A stretch of 54,361 bases of DNA, from the NCBI GenBank assembly GCA_036985955.1, contig BTQQ01000001.1:1-54361 (forward strand), written 5' to 3'. The translations under genes and the position numbers were made by a program. The notes beneath the pieces were generated by a model that was given only the letters and a program-made list of their open reading frames with translations, ran no database searches and was not told the origin of the DNA. Shown here in pieces: positions 18,396 to 26,660 of the stretch (position 1 is its first letter; each line of letters begins with the position of its first letter). This DNA comes from Zetaproteobacteria bacterium (lineage in GTDB: Bacteria; Pseudomonadota; Zetaproteobacteria; Mariprofundales; Mariprofundaceae).

Positions 18396-19307
18396 ATGCG
18401 AGAACAGTCGCTAGAAATAGAAAATACCGCAACCGGTAAAAATAGCCGAGTAAAGACTGCTATCGCCGGGTTGTTCGAATTGGCCAAGCCCGGCATTGTC
18501 GGCCTGACGCTGGTGGCTGCATTAACAGGTGTTTATTTCGGCAACCATGGTGTGATGCCTCACTGGGATCTTATCTTCTGGACTTTTTTGACCTTGGGAC
18601 TGGCGACTGCCGGATCCTGTATGCTAAACAATTATTACGATCGTGACATTGACAAGCTTATGCGCCGTACGCGTTCGCGGGCACTGGCGGCCGGACTGGT
18701 ATCCAATCGGCTTGTACTGAGTGTTGCATTAATTCTGGCAGTTCCATCGCTTGCCCTGATGGCCTGGATGGTCAATCCGCTTGCAGCGCTGGTAACGGCA
18801 GTGGGCGTGATTGGTTATGTTGGCGTCTATACCATGTTGATGAAGCGTTCGACGCCGTGGGCCAACCAGTTTGGCGGTATTGCGGGCGCTGTGCCACCTA
18901 TGGTCGGCTATGCTGCGGTGACAGGAGATTTGGGCGCCCCGGCATGGATTCTATTTGCCATCATGGTGGTCTGGCAGCAGCCGCATGCCTTGAGTCTGGC
19001 TTTGAAGTATCGTGAGGATTATGCCCGAGCCAACGTGCCGGTTATTCCCGTGGCCTGTGGCGTCCAGGCAACCAAGATACGTATTGTTGCTTATGCGCTT
19101 GCATTGATTCCCGTGGCCATACTGCCTTATGTGTTTGACATGGCAGGTATCTGGTATTTGGTGACTTCAATTCTGTTGGGCTCCATGTTCCTGTTTATGG
19201 GTGTGCGTTTTCTGCGTTCGGAACGGGATTGTGATATGCGTGTGTTTGCATTCTCCATCGTGTATTTGATTCTTCTGTTCGGCGTGATGGTACTTGATTC
19301 GATATAA
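18396..19307 (+). CDS. ctaB: Protoheme IX farnesyltransferase (heme O synthase)
   Basis: UbiA-family motif NNYYDRDIDKLMRRT in a polytopic protein. ATG at 18396, after a G-rich SD, is preferred over the GTG at 18384. Confidence 0.9.
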   Translation: MREQSLEIENTATGKNSRVKTAIAGLFELAKPGIVGLTLVAALTGVYFGNHGVMPHWDLIFWTFLTLGLATAGSCMLNNYYDRDIDKLMRRTRSRALAAGLVSNRLVLSVALILAVPSLALMAWMVNPLAALVTAVGVIGYVGVYTMLMKRSTPWANQFGGIAGAVPPMVGYAAVTGDLGAPAWILFAIMVVWQQPHALSLALKYREDYARANVPVIPVACGVQATKIRIVAYALALIPVAILPYVFDMAGIWYLVTSILLGSMFLFMGVRFLRSERDCDMRVFAFSIVYLILLFGVMVLDSI

Positions 19308-19356
19308 ATCTTTACCGAGAATCTACATTCAAATGCAGGAAATCACATCGTTCCAG

Positions 19357-20253
19357 ATGAAACGTAGCATAGCCCTTTTTCTCGTATGCACTGCGATGGC
19401 TTGGTATATCAACCCGGCATATGCTGGAGTGAGCGTTGAACATGCATGGGTGCGCATCCCGCCACCGGTTGCTGACACGGCTGCAGCCTATATGACTTTG
19501 CGCAACGGGGGTGACCGGGACGTTGTGATTGTCCGTGTCAGTTCTGATGTATCCAAAACCTCTGGAATTCACTTGATGCGGAAGCAGGGTGCAGTGATGC
19601 GTATGTCGGTGGTCAACAATATAACCGTTCCCGCGCATGGTTTTGTGGAACTGGAGCCTGGCGGCATGCATCTCATGCTTACCGGTCTGAAGCGGGTACT
19701 GAAACAGGGCCAGAGGGTAAACCTTGCATTGCATTTCACGAATGGTAAAACAGTCGAGATTGTTGCTCCCGTCCGCGGCCCAGGGTCAATACAGGAACCC
19801 GCTAGCCAGATCTATAAACAGGCCATGAGCCTTGTCAGGAAGGAAAACACTACGGATGCGGCCACGCTATTCCAACAGGCCGCCGAGAAAGGGAACAGGC
19901 GAGCTCAATATCAGCTGGGCTTGTTGTACGCGCGTGGCGACGGTGTGCAAAAGAACCTGGTAAAGGCGAGGGAATGGCTACGCAAGGCTGCGATGCAGGG
20001 CCATCCCAAAGCACAATTTTACCTTGGCCAGATGTATGTGTTTGGTGACGGGGGCGAGAAGGATAATGTGAAGGCGACTACGTGGTTCTGGCTTGCCAAG
20101 ACGCTGGGCGATCGTTTTGCCGGGGATAGCCTGCAGGTCATGAGCGGCAAGGTTTCTCCGCTTGAACTGGCCGAAGCGGAAAAGCGGGCCAAAGCCTTGT
20201 GGCAGAAAATGCCACACGATATGAAAATTGAACACAGTGCGGCGATGCATTGA
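19357..20253 (+). CDS. Copper chaperone PCu(A)C domain fused to Sel1-like repeats
   Basis: Signal peptide, then a PCuAC-like domain (AAAYMTLRNGG ... HLMRKQGAVMRM ... EPGGMHLMLTGL), then Sel1 repeats (AQYQLGLLYARGDGVQKNLVKAREWLRKAA, AQFYLGQMYVFGDGGEKDNVKA). Confidence 0.8.
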   Translation: MKRSIALFLVCTAMAWYINPAYAGVSVEHAWVRIPPPVADTAAAYMTLRNGGDRDVVIVRVSSDVSKTSGIHLMRKQGAVMRMSVVNNITVPAHGFVELEPGGMHLMLTGLKRVLKQGQRVNLALHFTNGKTVEIVAPVRGPGSIQEPASQIYKQAMSLVRKENTTDAATLFQQAAEKGNRRAQYQLGLLYARGDGVQKNLVKAREWLRKAAMQGHPKAQFYLGQMYVFGDGGEKDNVKATTWFWLAKTLGDRFAGDSLQVMSGKVSPLELAEAEKRAKALWQKMPHDMKIEHSAAMH

Positions 20254-20284
20254 TAATGGCCATCAGCTGGAAGAAGGATGAAAT

Positions 20285-20407
20285 ATGAATGACCCACTTA
20301 AGGAAGAGAAACAAAGGGAACGTAAAAAAGTGATTGGAGGGCTGGTGCTCACCCTCATTATTTTTGTATGGTTTCTGTATTACCTGATTTCCCATATTCC
20401 GGGTTAA
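20285..20407 (+). CDS. Possible 40-aa single-TM protein (cytochrome oxidase small assembly protein-like)
   Basis: MNDPLKEEKQRERKKVIGGLVLTLIIFVWFLYYLISHIPG. It is too short for the ORF track. GAAGGA lies upstream. A charged N-terminus plus one TM helix resembles small proteins found in oxidase operons. Confidence 0.4.
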   Translation: MNDPLKEEKQRERKKVIGGLVLTLIIFVWFLYYLISHIPG

Positions 20408-20480
20408 CCATATATTCAGGGTGTCCTGATTTTCCGCTAGATTTTTACATGGAAGGATTTCGTTCTTTGGAGGTTTTTTA

Positions 20481-21074
20481 ATGCGTATCAACGCAACTAC
20501 GCGCGTATTGCATTATTGCCTGATTATGACAGTTGTATTTCAACTGCTTAGTTCAGAGTTTATGAGGGTGTTGGAGCCGGGAAAAATGGAAGGCTTTGAT
20601 ACAGTGCTTTTTACACTGCATATAATGATTTTTGGCTGGGGAGCATTTCTGATCAGTTCAGTTTATATCCTTATCCTGCATGATGATAAGGATGCTTGGG
20701 CGCGAATGGTGCCCTGGTTTTCAGCCAGTCACCGCGCAGCATTATTCAAATCGGTACGTAAAGATATTTTCGCCATGTTCCAGGGATGTCTGCCTCATCC
20801 TGAGGAGAAAGGAGCCATAGCCGGTGTGACGCATGGGCTTGGTATCCTGCTGCTGCTTGCTCAGGGATTTACCGGCGCCTATGTAATGTTCGGCGTTCGC
20901 TCGGATGGCACCATGCGCACTGATACACTGCTGGTACTTGATTTTCATGCGATCTTTGCAAAGCTGCTTTGGATATTTCTGATTGGGCATATTTGCATGT
21001 TTATTATTCATCTGATGTTTGGCCATCGTGAGATTCTGGATGTATTCCGGCGCGTACATATCCCATGGAAATAA
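20481..21074 (+). CDS. Cytochrome b561 family protein (CybB-like)
   Basis: 197 aa, four TM helices with conserved His residues (VLHY, TLHIM, VTHG, GHICM..HLM). Confidence 0.8.
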   Translation: MRINATTRVLHYCLIMTVVFQLLSSEFMRVLEPGKMEGFDTVLFTLHIMIFGWGAFLISSVYILILHDDKDAWARMVPWFSASHRAALFKSVRKDIFAMFQGCLPHPEEKGAIAGVTHGLGILLLLAQGFTGAYVMFGVRSDGTMRTDTLLVLDFHAIFAKLLWIFLIGHICMFIIHLMFGHREILDVFRRVHIPWK

Positions 21075-21081
21075 AAAACAC

Positions 21082-21942
21082 ATGAATACTAAGTTTCCTA
21101 CACTCTCCGCGATGATATTGTTTGCGTTCTCAATGTTGTCCCCTTCCTTGGGTATGACTGCTGGTGAAAACTCGGATCATCAGGCAGACATCTCATCAAA
21201 TCAGACTGAACGGCTGCAACATCCCCGGTTTGGTGACAAAATGACTGAGCCAGTGCTGGGGATGCAGTTTGTCTATATTGAGCCAGGTAGTTTTGTGATG
21301 GGTAGCCCCGAGAGTGAACTCAATCGTTACCCGGATGAGAAGCAGCACAAGGTGCAGATCAAGTCCGGATTCTGGATGGGTAAATATGAGGTGACGTTTG
21401 AACAGTACGATGCTTTTGCCAAGGCCACACACCATGCAAAACCGCTTGATGAGTTATGGGGACGCGGTAAACGGCCTGTGATAGATGTCAAATGGTTCGA
21501 AGCCACAGATTTTGCCCGATGGTTAAGCAAAAAATCAGGGTATCATTATCGTTTACCTACCGAAGCGGAGTGGGAATACGCGGCGCGTGCAGGTACAACA
21601 ACGGCCTATTCATGGGGTGACAACCCCTCAGATTTTCCCGATTATGCCTGGAACACTACCAATGCGAACAATCAGACACATCCTGTCGGGCTGAAGAAGC
21701 CCAATCCGTGGGGGCTGTATGATATGCATGGCAATGTATGGGAATGGACTGCATCGACATATGCCAGGGAGTACGATGGCAGCGAACTAAAAGGCAGTAG
21801 CCAAAAATCAAAAGCACTACGCTCTGTACGCGGTGGTTCCTGGTATTTTTACCCCAAAGGCATGCGCTCTGCGGATCGCCGTATTTACAGTCCGTGGTTG
21901 CACTGGTCCTACATAGGATTTCGTCTGGTTCGCGACCCGTAA
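21082..21942 (+). CDS. Formylglycine-generating-enzyme (SUMF1/FGE) family protein, NirV-like
   Basis: Signal peptide and FGE motifs (RLPTEAEWEYAARAGT, HGNVWEWT, RGGSW). The ATG at 21082 lies 8 nt after the b561 stop. Confidence 0.85.
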   Translation: MNTKFPTLSAMILFAFSMLSPSLGMTAGENSDHQADISSNQTERLQHPRFGDKMTEPVLGMQFVYIEPGSFVMGSPESELNRYPDEKQHKVQIKSGFWMGKYEVTFEQYDAFAKATHHAKPLDELWGRGKRPVIDVKWFEATDFARWLSKKSGYHYRLPTEAEWEYAARAGTTTAYSWGDNPSDFPDYAWNTTNANNQTHPVGLKKPNPWGLYDMHGNVWEWTASTYAREYDGSELKGSSQKSKALRSVRGGSWYFYPKGMRSADRRIYSPWLHWSYIGFRLVRDP

Positions 21943-21970
21943 ATCTAATGCAAGAGCATAAGATATTTTA

Positions 21971-22244
21971 CCACAAAGACATCAGGTGAATTTCGCTGGC
22001 GAAAGAGAGCATCCCCTAGGGGACAAAGGCACGAAAAAATTAGACGCTTATAAAAGCTCACCATAGGGATACAGAGGAAGAATTTCAGACACAGATTAAC
22101 GCAGATCAGGTTTCACCATATAGGCATAAAATATGATGACAAGGATAGATTGATTCAGAGATGACGATTGGAAGCATCGTCAGATGATGCCTCCGCAGAT
22201 CACTAAAAAATTGGTTATACCTTTGTGTCTTGGTGCCTTTGTGG
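21971..22244. repeat. Non-coding segment bounded by imperfect inverted copies of a CCACAAAG(A/G)CA(T/C)CA motif (MITE-like?)
   Basis: CCACAAAGACATCAGG at 21971-21986 matches the reverse complement of 22229-22244 (CCACAAAGGCACCAAG) at 13 of 16 positions. Further copies lie at 22022-22035 and 22218-22230. A 12-bp palindrome, TCCCCTAGGGGA, lies at 22012-22023. Confidence 0.4.
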
Positions 22245-22301
22245 TGCAATCTTTTCTTGTTTGGTTCCGGCTATCCGTGTTCGTCTCTTCCCTGCAAAAT
22301 C

Positions 22302-22853
22302 TTACTTGCGGATGCCCAACTGATATTCCTTGACGCCATTCGGGTGATAGATTTCCAAGGCTGGCAGCACGAGTGTGTAATGGTTTGTTTTCGCCCATTC
22401 TTTCATGGCTTCATAGGCTTTGTATGAGCCGAGCAGTGTTCCTCCCGAGAATGTCGCAACAACGGCTTCCCGCTTTGGGAATATTTCTTCGTCAAGTGGC
22501 GCGGGTACAAAATCACTATGTTTAAGCAAATACCCGACTTTAGCCCGGCGCTGGCTTTCAGGAGTCTTCCCGGTATCGTCGAGAAACAGGGCGCACGGGG
22601 TGTCTGCTTCGATACCGGCTTTTTTCAAATATTTCCCGGCTTTTTCAATAGAGGGTTCGATACTGTTATAGGCCCCGGTATGAAATAGATATGCGATACG
22701 GTATGGAGGGGCGGAAATCTGGGCAACCGTAACTTCCGAAAACATTCCCAGATAATACATGACCCCAACGCCACCGAAGAGTGTCGTGAGTAATCCGACA
22801 ATGATGATGCTGAGAAATTTGTTGGAGGGATGTTGGGGTTGTTCCGGCGGCAT
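22302..22853 (-). CDS. Membrane-anchored GyrI-like/SOUL-like small-molecule-binding domain protein (tentative)
   Basis: N-terminal TM helix, then about 140 aa with a GyrI-like pattern (YRIAYLFHTGAY ... GSYKAYEAMKEWA ... ALEIYHPNG). The assignment is by eye only. Confidence 0.5.
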   Translation of the reverse strand: MPPEQPQHPSNKFLSIIIVGLLTTLFGGVGVMYYLGMFSEVTVAQISAPPYRIAYLFHTGAYNSIEPSIEKAGKYLKKAGIEADTPCALFLDDTGKTPESQRRAKVGYLLKHSDFVPAPLDEEIFPKREAVVATFSGGTLLGSYKAYEAMKEWAKTNHYTLVLPALEIYHPNGVKEYQLGIRK

Positions 22854-22985
22854 AAAGGTTTCCTGTATGGTTTAGTCTTGACGGCATACTGTTTGCGCTA
22901 TGATATTTCACCTGCCTGTGCGGGTAAAGGGATACAGGATGGTGCGTGCAGTGCCGCCATATAAGTCGTATCGTTGAGGTTATTA

Positions 22986-23522
22986 ATGGAAACAAATTCA
23001 GTACCAGAAAAGAAGCGGGTGAATAAAGGCCTTTTTCTCCTGATCGCAGCGCTGGCAACCGTAGTGATCGGGGCGTTTACCATGAAAGTAATTACCAGCA
23101 GGCCGGATATAAAAGTGACTAAACAGAAAATCACCCGTGCCGAACGGGCTGGATTCAAGGAAAAGGTCGACTTGATGGTGGCGCGTTACACGGTTCGCAG
23201 AGAAGGGGATATGCCCATTATCCATCCCCCGGCCGGCTCCGATATTTATCTGCTGGCACGAAACTATGATTGGGGAAAGTTCATCCTTGAACTGGAAAAA
23301 GGGAAATCGTACCGCCTGCACTTGGCAAGCCTGGACATGCGCCATGCCATTGTTGTGCATGAACTGGAACTGATGAACCGCATTAAACCTGATGAATTCA
23401 AGGTTATCGAATTTACGCCCGGCAAGGCGGGGCGTTTCAGGTTAATCTGTGGCGAATGGTGCGGTACGGGACATGCCGGCATGGTGGGTACAATCATTGT
23501 TACCGAACCTGCCGGCAAATAA
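22986..23522 (+). CDS. Single-TM cupredoxin subunit II-like protein with CuA ligands (ba3/B-family-like)
   Basis: One TM helix, then HAIVVHE ... CGEWCGTGHAGM, which fits the CuA signature C.E.C...H..M. ATG at 22986 follows GAGG. Confidence 0.8.
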   Translation: METNSVPEKKRVNKGLFLLIAALATVVIGAFTMKVITSRPDIKVTKQKITRAERAGFKEKVDLMVARYTVRREGDMPIIHPPAGSDIYLLARNYDWGKFILELEKGKSYRLHLASLDMRHAIVVHELELMNRIKPDEFKVIEFTPGKAGRFRLICGEWCGTGHAGMVGTIIVTEPAGK

Positions 23523-23554
23523 AGATTCGTTGAGCCAGAGCCTGTTAACAGACC

Positions 23555-24148
23555 CTAGTCTCCGTGGTTTTTTCCTAATCTGAACATTTCGTGCAATATC
23601 TTATGGCCTTTAAGTTCATGTACCAGGGCCATTCCGGCATGTCCGGCTACAAAAACCAACATCATTGTGGCCATAATACTATGATATTCCCAGATCATCT
23701 TGATATCGGGAGTCATATCTCCATGAGGCCCGATGCCCAGAAATAACATGGACCCGGTGAGCCCCAGAAAGAGCGCAAGCGTGATGCCTGTTCCATGAAT
23801 CGCGCCAGAAATGAAATGGCGTTCCCCGGGGGGGAGAAGCTTGCCATGCAGCCAGCCCGGAATGTCCCGGCGTATTTCCAGCCAGAGGCTATTGCGTCCT
23901 GCTGCATTCATCCACGGAAACAGCCGTTCCCGGCCTGCAACTTCATCCAGAACTACAATTAAATAAACACAGACAAGAACTAAAGAGATCGAACCGATAC
24001 CTTCATGAATGCCGATGAAAAGCGTTTCAATGACATGTCTGGGATGCCCGGGTTCCGGAAAGCCCACCAGTTTTTCGCCAAATATTTGTAACAGTACGGA
24101 TGCCATGATACCAAAGTGCAGGATGCGTATGGTGCGATCATATTTCAT
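23555..24148 (-). CDS. Cytochrome b561 family protein (paralog of 20481-21074)
   Basis: 197 aa with the same His/TM layout as the first copy (ILHF, GIHEG, AIHG, GHAGM..HEL). Confidence 0.8.
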   Translation of the reverse strand: MKYDRTIRILHFGIMASVLLQIFGEKLVGFPEPGHPRHVIETLFIGIHEGIGSISLVLVCVYLIVVLDEVAGRERLFPWMNAAGRNSLWLEIRRDIPGWLHGKLLPPGERHFISGAIHGTGITLALFLGLTGSMLFLGIGPHGDMTPDIKMIWEYHSIMATMMLVFVAGHAGMALVHELKGHKILHEMFRLGKNHGD

Positions 24149-24267
24149 GGGCGAATAGTCTCATAAATAAATCTTGTGGGGAACGCCGACCTGCACGATA
24201 AACCTGCTGCATCGGGAAAGAACCAGTGCTAAGGTTCGCCGCGAAATGCCGCATCAAGGATACATCT

Positions 24268-25635
24268 ATGACAACAAAATATACATTACCACTTACTGAT
24301 ACACCACAACTCCGGCTTGCGGTCGGCTGGTTATGTGTCGCAGTGGGTTTCCTGCTGGCTTCGGGTATTTATCCACTCCTGTTGGCATTGGCACGCACCA
24401 CTTACGAAATGCCATGGAAGGATTTTTTCTATACGGCGCTGGTGCTGCATGTGGATTTTACCGTGTTGTGGTGGCTGTTGGCGATTGCCGGGGTGTTCTG
24501 GAGTCTGAATTCGACATCCCGTGCCATTTCAACGGGGTGGGCTGCTCTGATGCTGGTCGTGGCGGGGGGGATACTCGTCGGCATCTCGCCATTGACCGGG
24601 GCTGCCAATCCGCTCACCAACAATTATGTGCCAATGTTGGAAAACCATTATTTTATCAAGGGGCTGCTTGTTTTCGGTGGTGGCATTTTACTGCTGGTTT
24701 TACGCAGCCTTATGGCAACGCCCATGTCTCTTGTTTTTGCTTCAAATCATGAGGCAGCGATGCGCTTTGGTATATGGAGCGCTGCTGTCGCAACGCTGGC
24801 TGCGCTGCTGGCCCTGTTATGGAGTTTTGGCCACATGCCGGAAGGACTGGAACATCGCGCCTATTATGAGCCCCTGTTCTGGGCCGGGGGTCATATCCTT
24901 CAATTTGCGCATACGATATTACTGTGCATCTGCTGGCTGTGGTTGGCACAGGTCTGTGGCGTTGCAACGCCTGTTCATCCCCGCGTGGTGATAGCTGTAT
25001 TTGCCATTGCCATAACCTCTGTGCTGTTTGCCCTGATTCCCTTTATTCAACATAAGGTGGGGGATGCTGAATTTGCCCGCTGGTTTGTATGGTTAATGCG
25101 TGACGGAAACGGTATCGCCCCCTTTGTTATTGGTATCGCAGTCATGTGGGGGATTGTCAGTGGCGGGGTGCCGACAAAGGATCAGCGGCATCTGTATCTC
25201 GCACTGCTATTTTCAATCATTCTTTTTGCAACGGGTGGTATTCTGGGGTTGTTTATTGGTGAAAGCAGCACCCTGATTACGGCCCATTACCATGGTTCGA
25301 TTGTTTCAGTGACCATGGCTTTCATGGCCATGACCTATTACTGGCTGCCCCGTTTCAGCTTCGCCACGCCTAACCTGAAATGGGCCAGGATTCAGGTGTA
25401 TGCTTATGCCGTCGGTCAAATGCTTCACATTATCGGCCTGGCGTGGGGCGGCGGTCATGGCATGAAGCGTAAGGTCGTGGGCACGACGCAGGATATCGGC
25501 GTTCACGCCTGGCTTACACCGCAGGATTTGGTCGGACTGGGCGGCGTCATCGCTGTGTTGAGCGGAATTCTGTTCGCCATCGTGGTGTTGCCCGTGATGT
25601 TTAAAGGAAGAAGCGAGGGAAGAGCGCATGCCTGA
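24268..25635 (+). CDS. Divergent heme-copper oxidase subunit I-like protein
   Basis: About 12 TM helices. It has HCO-like landmarks: LVLHVDF (helix II His), LFWAGGHILQF (helix VI His) and AHYHGS (helix X His-x-His). FIQHK stands where the HH pair is expected, and there is no Tyr after the helix VI His. ATG at 24268 follows AAGGA. Confidence 0.75.
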   Translation: MTTKYTLPLTDTPQLRLAVGWLCVAVGFLLASGIYPLLLALARTTYEMPWKDFFYTALVLHVDFTVLWWLLAIAGVFWSLNSTSRAISTGWAALMLVVAGGILVGISPLTGAANPLTNNYVPMLENHYFIKGLLVFGGGILLLVLRSLMATPMSLVFASNHEAAMRFGIWSAAVATLAALLALLWSFGHMPEGLEHRAYYEPLFWAGGHILQFAHTILLCICWLWLAQVCGVATPVHPRVVIAVFAIAITSVLFALIPFIQHKVGDAEFARWFVWLMRDGNGIAPFVIGIAVMWGIVSGGVPTKDQRHLYLALLFSIILFATGGILGLFIGESSTLITAHYHGSIVSVTMAFMAMTYYWLPRFSFATPNLKWARIQVYAYAVGQMLHIIGLAWGGGHGMKRKVVGTTQDIGVHAWLTPQDLVGLGGVIAVLSGILFAIVVLPVMFKGRSEGRAHA

Positions 25636-26656
25636 CGAAACCCGAAAAAACAGACAGATTGCCATCTGGCTGCTGTGTGTCTGTGCCGCAATTTTTGTCA
25701 TGCTGGTGATTGGTGGCGCCACTCGCTTAACACATTCAGGTTTGTCGATGATGACCTGGGATCCGTTGATGGGCTGGATTCCACCCTTAAATCAGGCGCA
25801 GTGGCTCGATTCCTTTGAACACTACAAAAAAATTCCCGAATTTTATGAACTGAATCCCGATATGGATGTGGAAGGATATAAGAATATTTTTATGCTCGAA
25901 TATATCCACCGCGTCTGGGGCCGGTTAATCGGGCTCTTCTTTTTGCTGCCGTTTCTGTATTTCCTGATGGCCGGGAAGATAGCAAAATCATTCCGTCCCA
26001 AACTGATCATAATGTTTGTGCTGGGCGGCATGCAGGGCGTACTGGGCTGGTACATGGTCAGCAGCGGCTTTGATAATCCCCATGTTAGCCAGTATCGGTT
26101 GACAGCACATCTGTCGGCGGCTTTCATCATTTACGGATATATATTGTGGGTAGCGATGGGTCTGCTTTTCCCAGACAGGGATGCTTCCCTGTATGATGTC
26201 AGACCGCTAAGACGGCTGGCATTGGGCCTAACCGGCCTGATTGCGCTAACAGTCGTGGCTGGAGGTTTGGTGGCAGGGCTGAAGGCGGGATTCGCCTACA
26301 ACACATTCCCGTTAATGGAAGGGCACTTTATCCCGGAAGGCTATGCCATGCTTACCCCTTTTTACCTCAATTTCTTTGAAAACATTGCAGCGGTTCAGTT
26401 CGATCATCGCATTCTGGCCGAGACGCTGTTGTTGTGCGTATTCGGGTTGTGGTGGTATGCGCGAAAATTTACGCTATCGGACCGGGCGCGCATGGCATTC
26501 AATTTACTGTTGGGCATGGTTGTGCTGCAAGTATCTTTGGGTATCGCCACGCTGGTGATGGTGGTGCCCACATGGCTTGCCGTAACACATCAGGGTAGTG
26601 CCATGCTTTTGTTTACTGCCGCACTGTTTACCAATCACACACTACGCAGGAACTGA
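25628..26656 (+). CDS. ctaA: Heme A synthase (COX15/CtaA)
   Basis: GGATRLTHSGLSM, EYIHRVWGR and a HQGSAM region. The gene overlaps the preceding one by 8 nt. Confidence 0.9.
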   Translation: MPDETRKNRQIAIWLLCVCAAIFVMLVIGGATRLTHSGLSMMTWDPLMGWIPPLNQAQWLDSFEHYKKIPEFYELNPDMDVEGYKNIFMLEYIHRVWGRLIGLFFLLPFLYFLMAGKIAKSFRPKLIIMFVLGGMQGVLGWYMVSSGFDNPHVSQYRLTAHLSAAFIIYGYILWVAMGLLFPDRDASLYDVRPLRRLALGLTGLIALTVVAGGLVAGLKAGFAYNTFPLMEGHFIPEGYAMLTPFYLNFFENIAAVQFDHRILAETLLLCVFGLWWYARKFTLSDRARMAFNLLLGMVVLQVSLGIATLVMVVPTWLAVTHQGSAMLLFTAALFTNHTLRRN

Positions 26657-26660
26657 GGGT

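Noticed and set aside
22854-22985. Possible sigma-70 promoter TTGACG-N15-TATGAT upstream of the CuA subunit gene
   Set aside because: The 15-nt spacer is shorter than the functional optimum, and I cannot score it. I did not list it as a feature.
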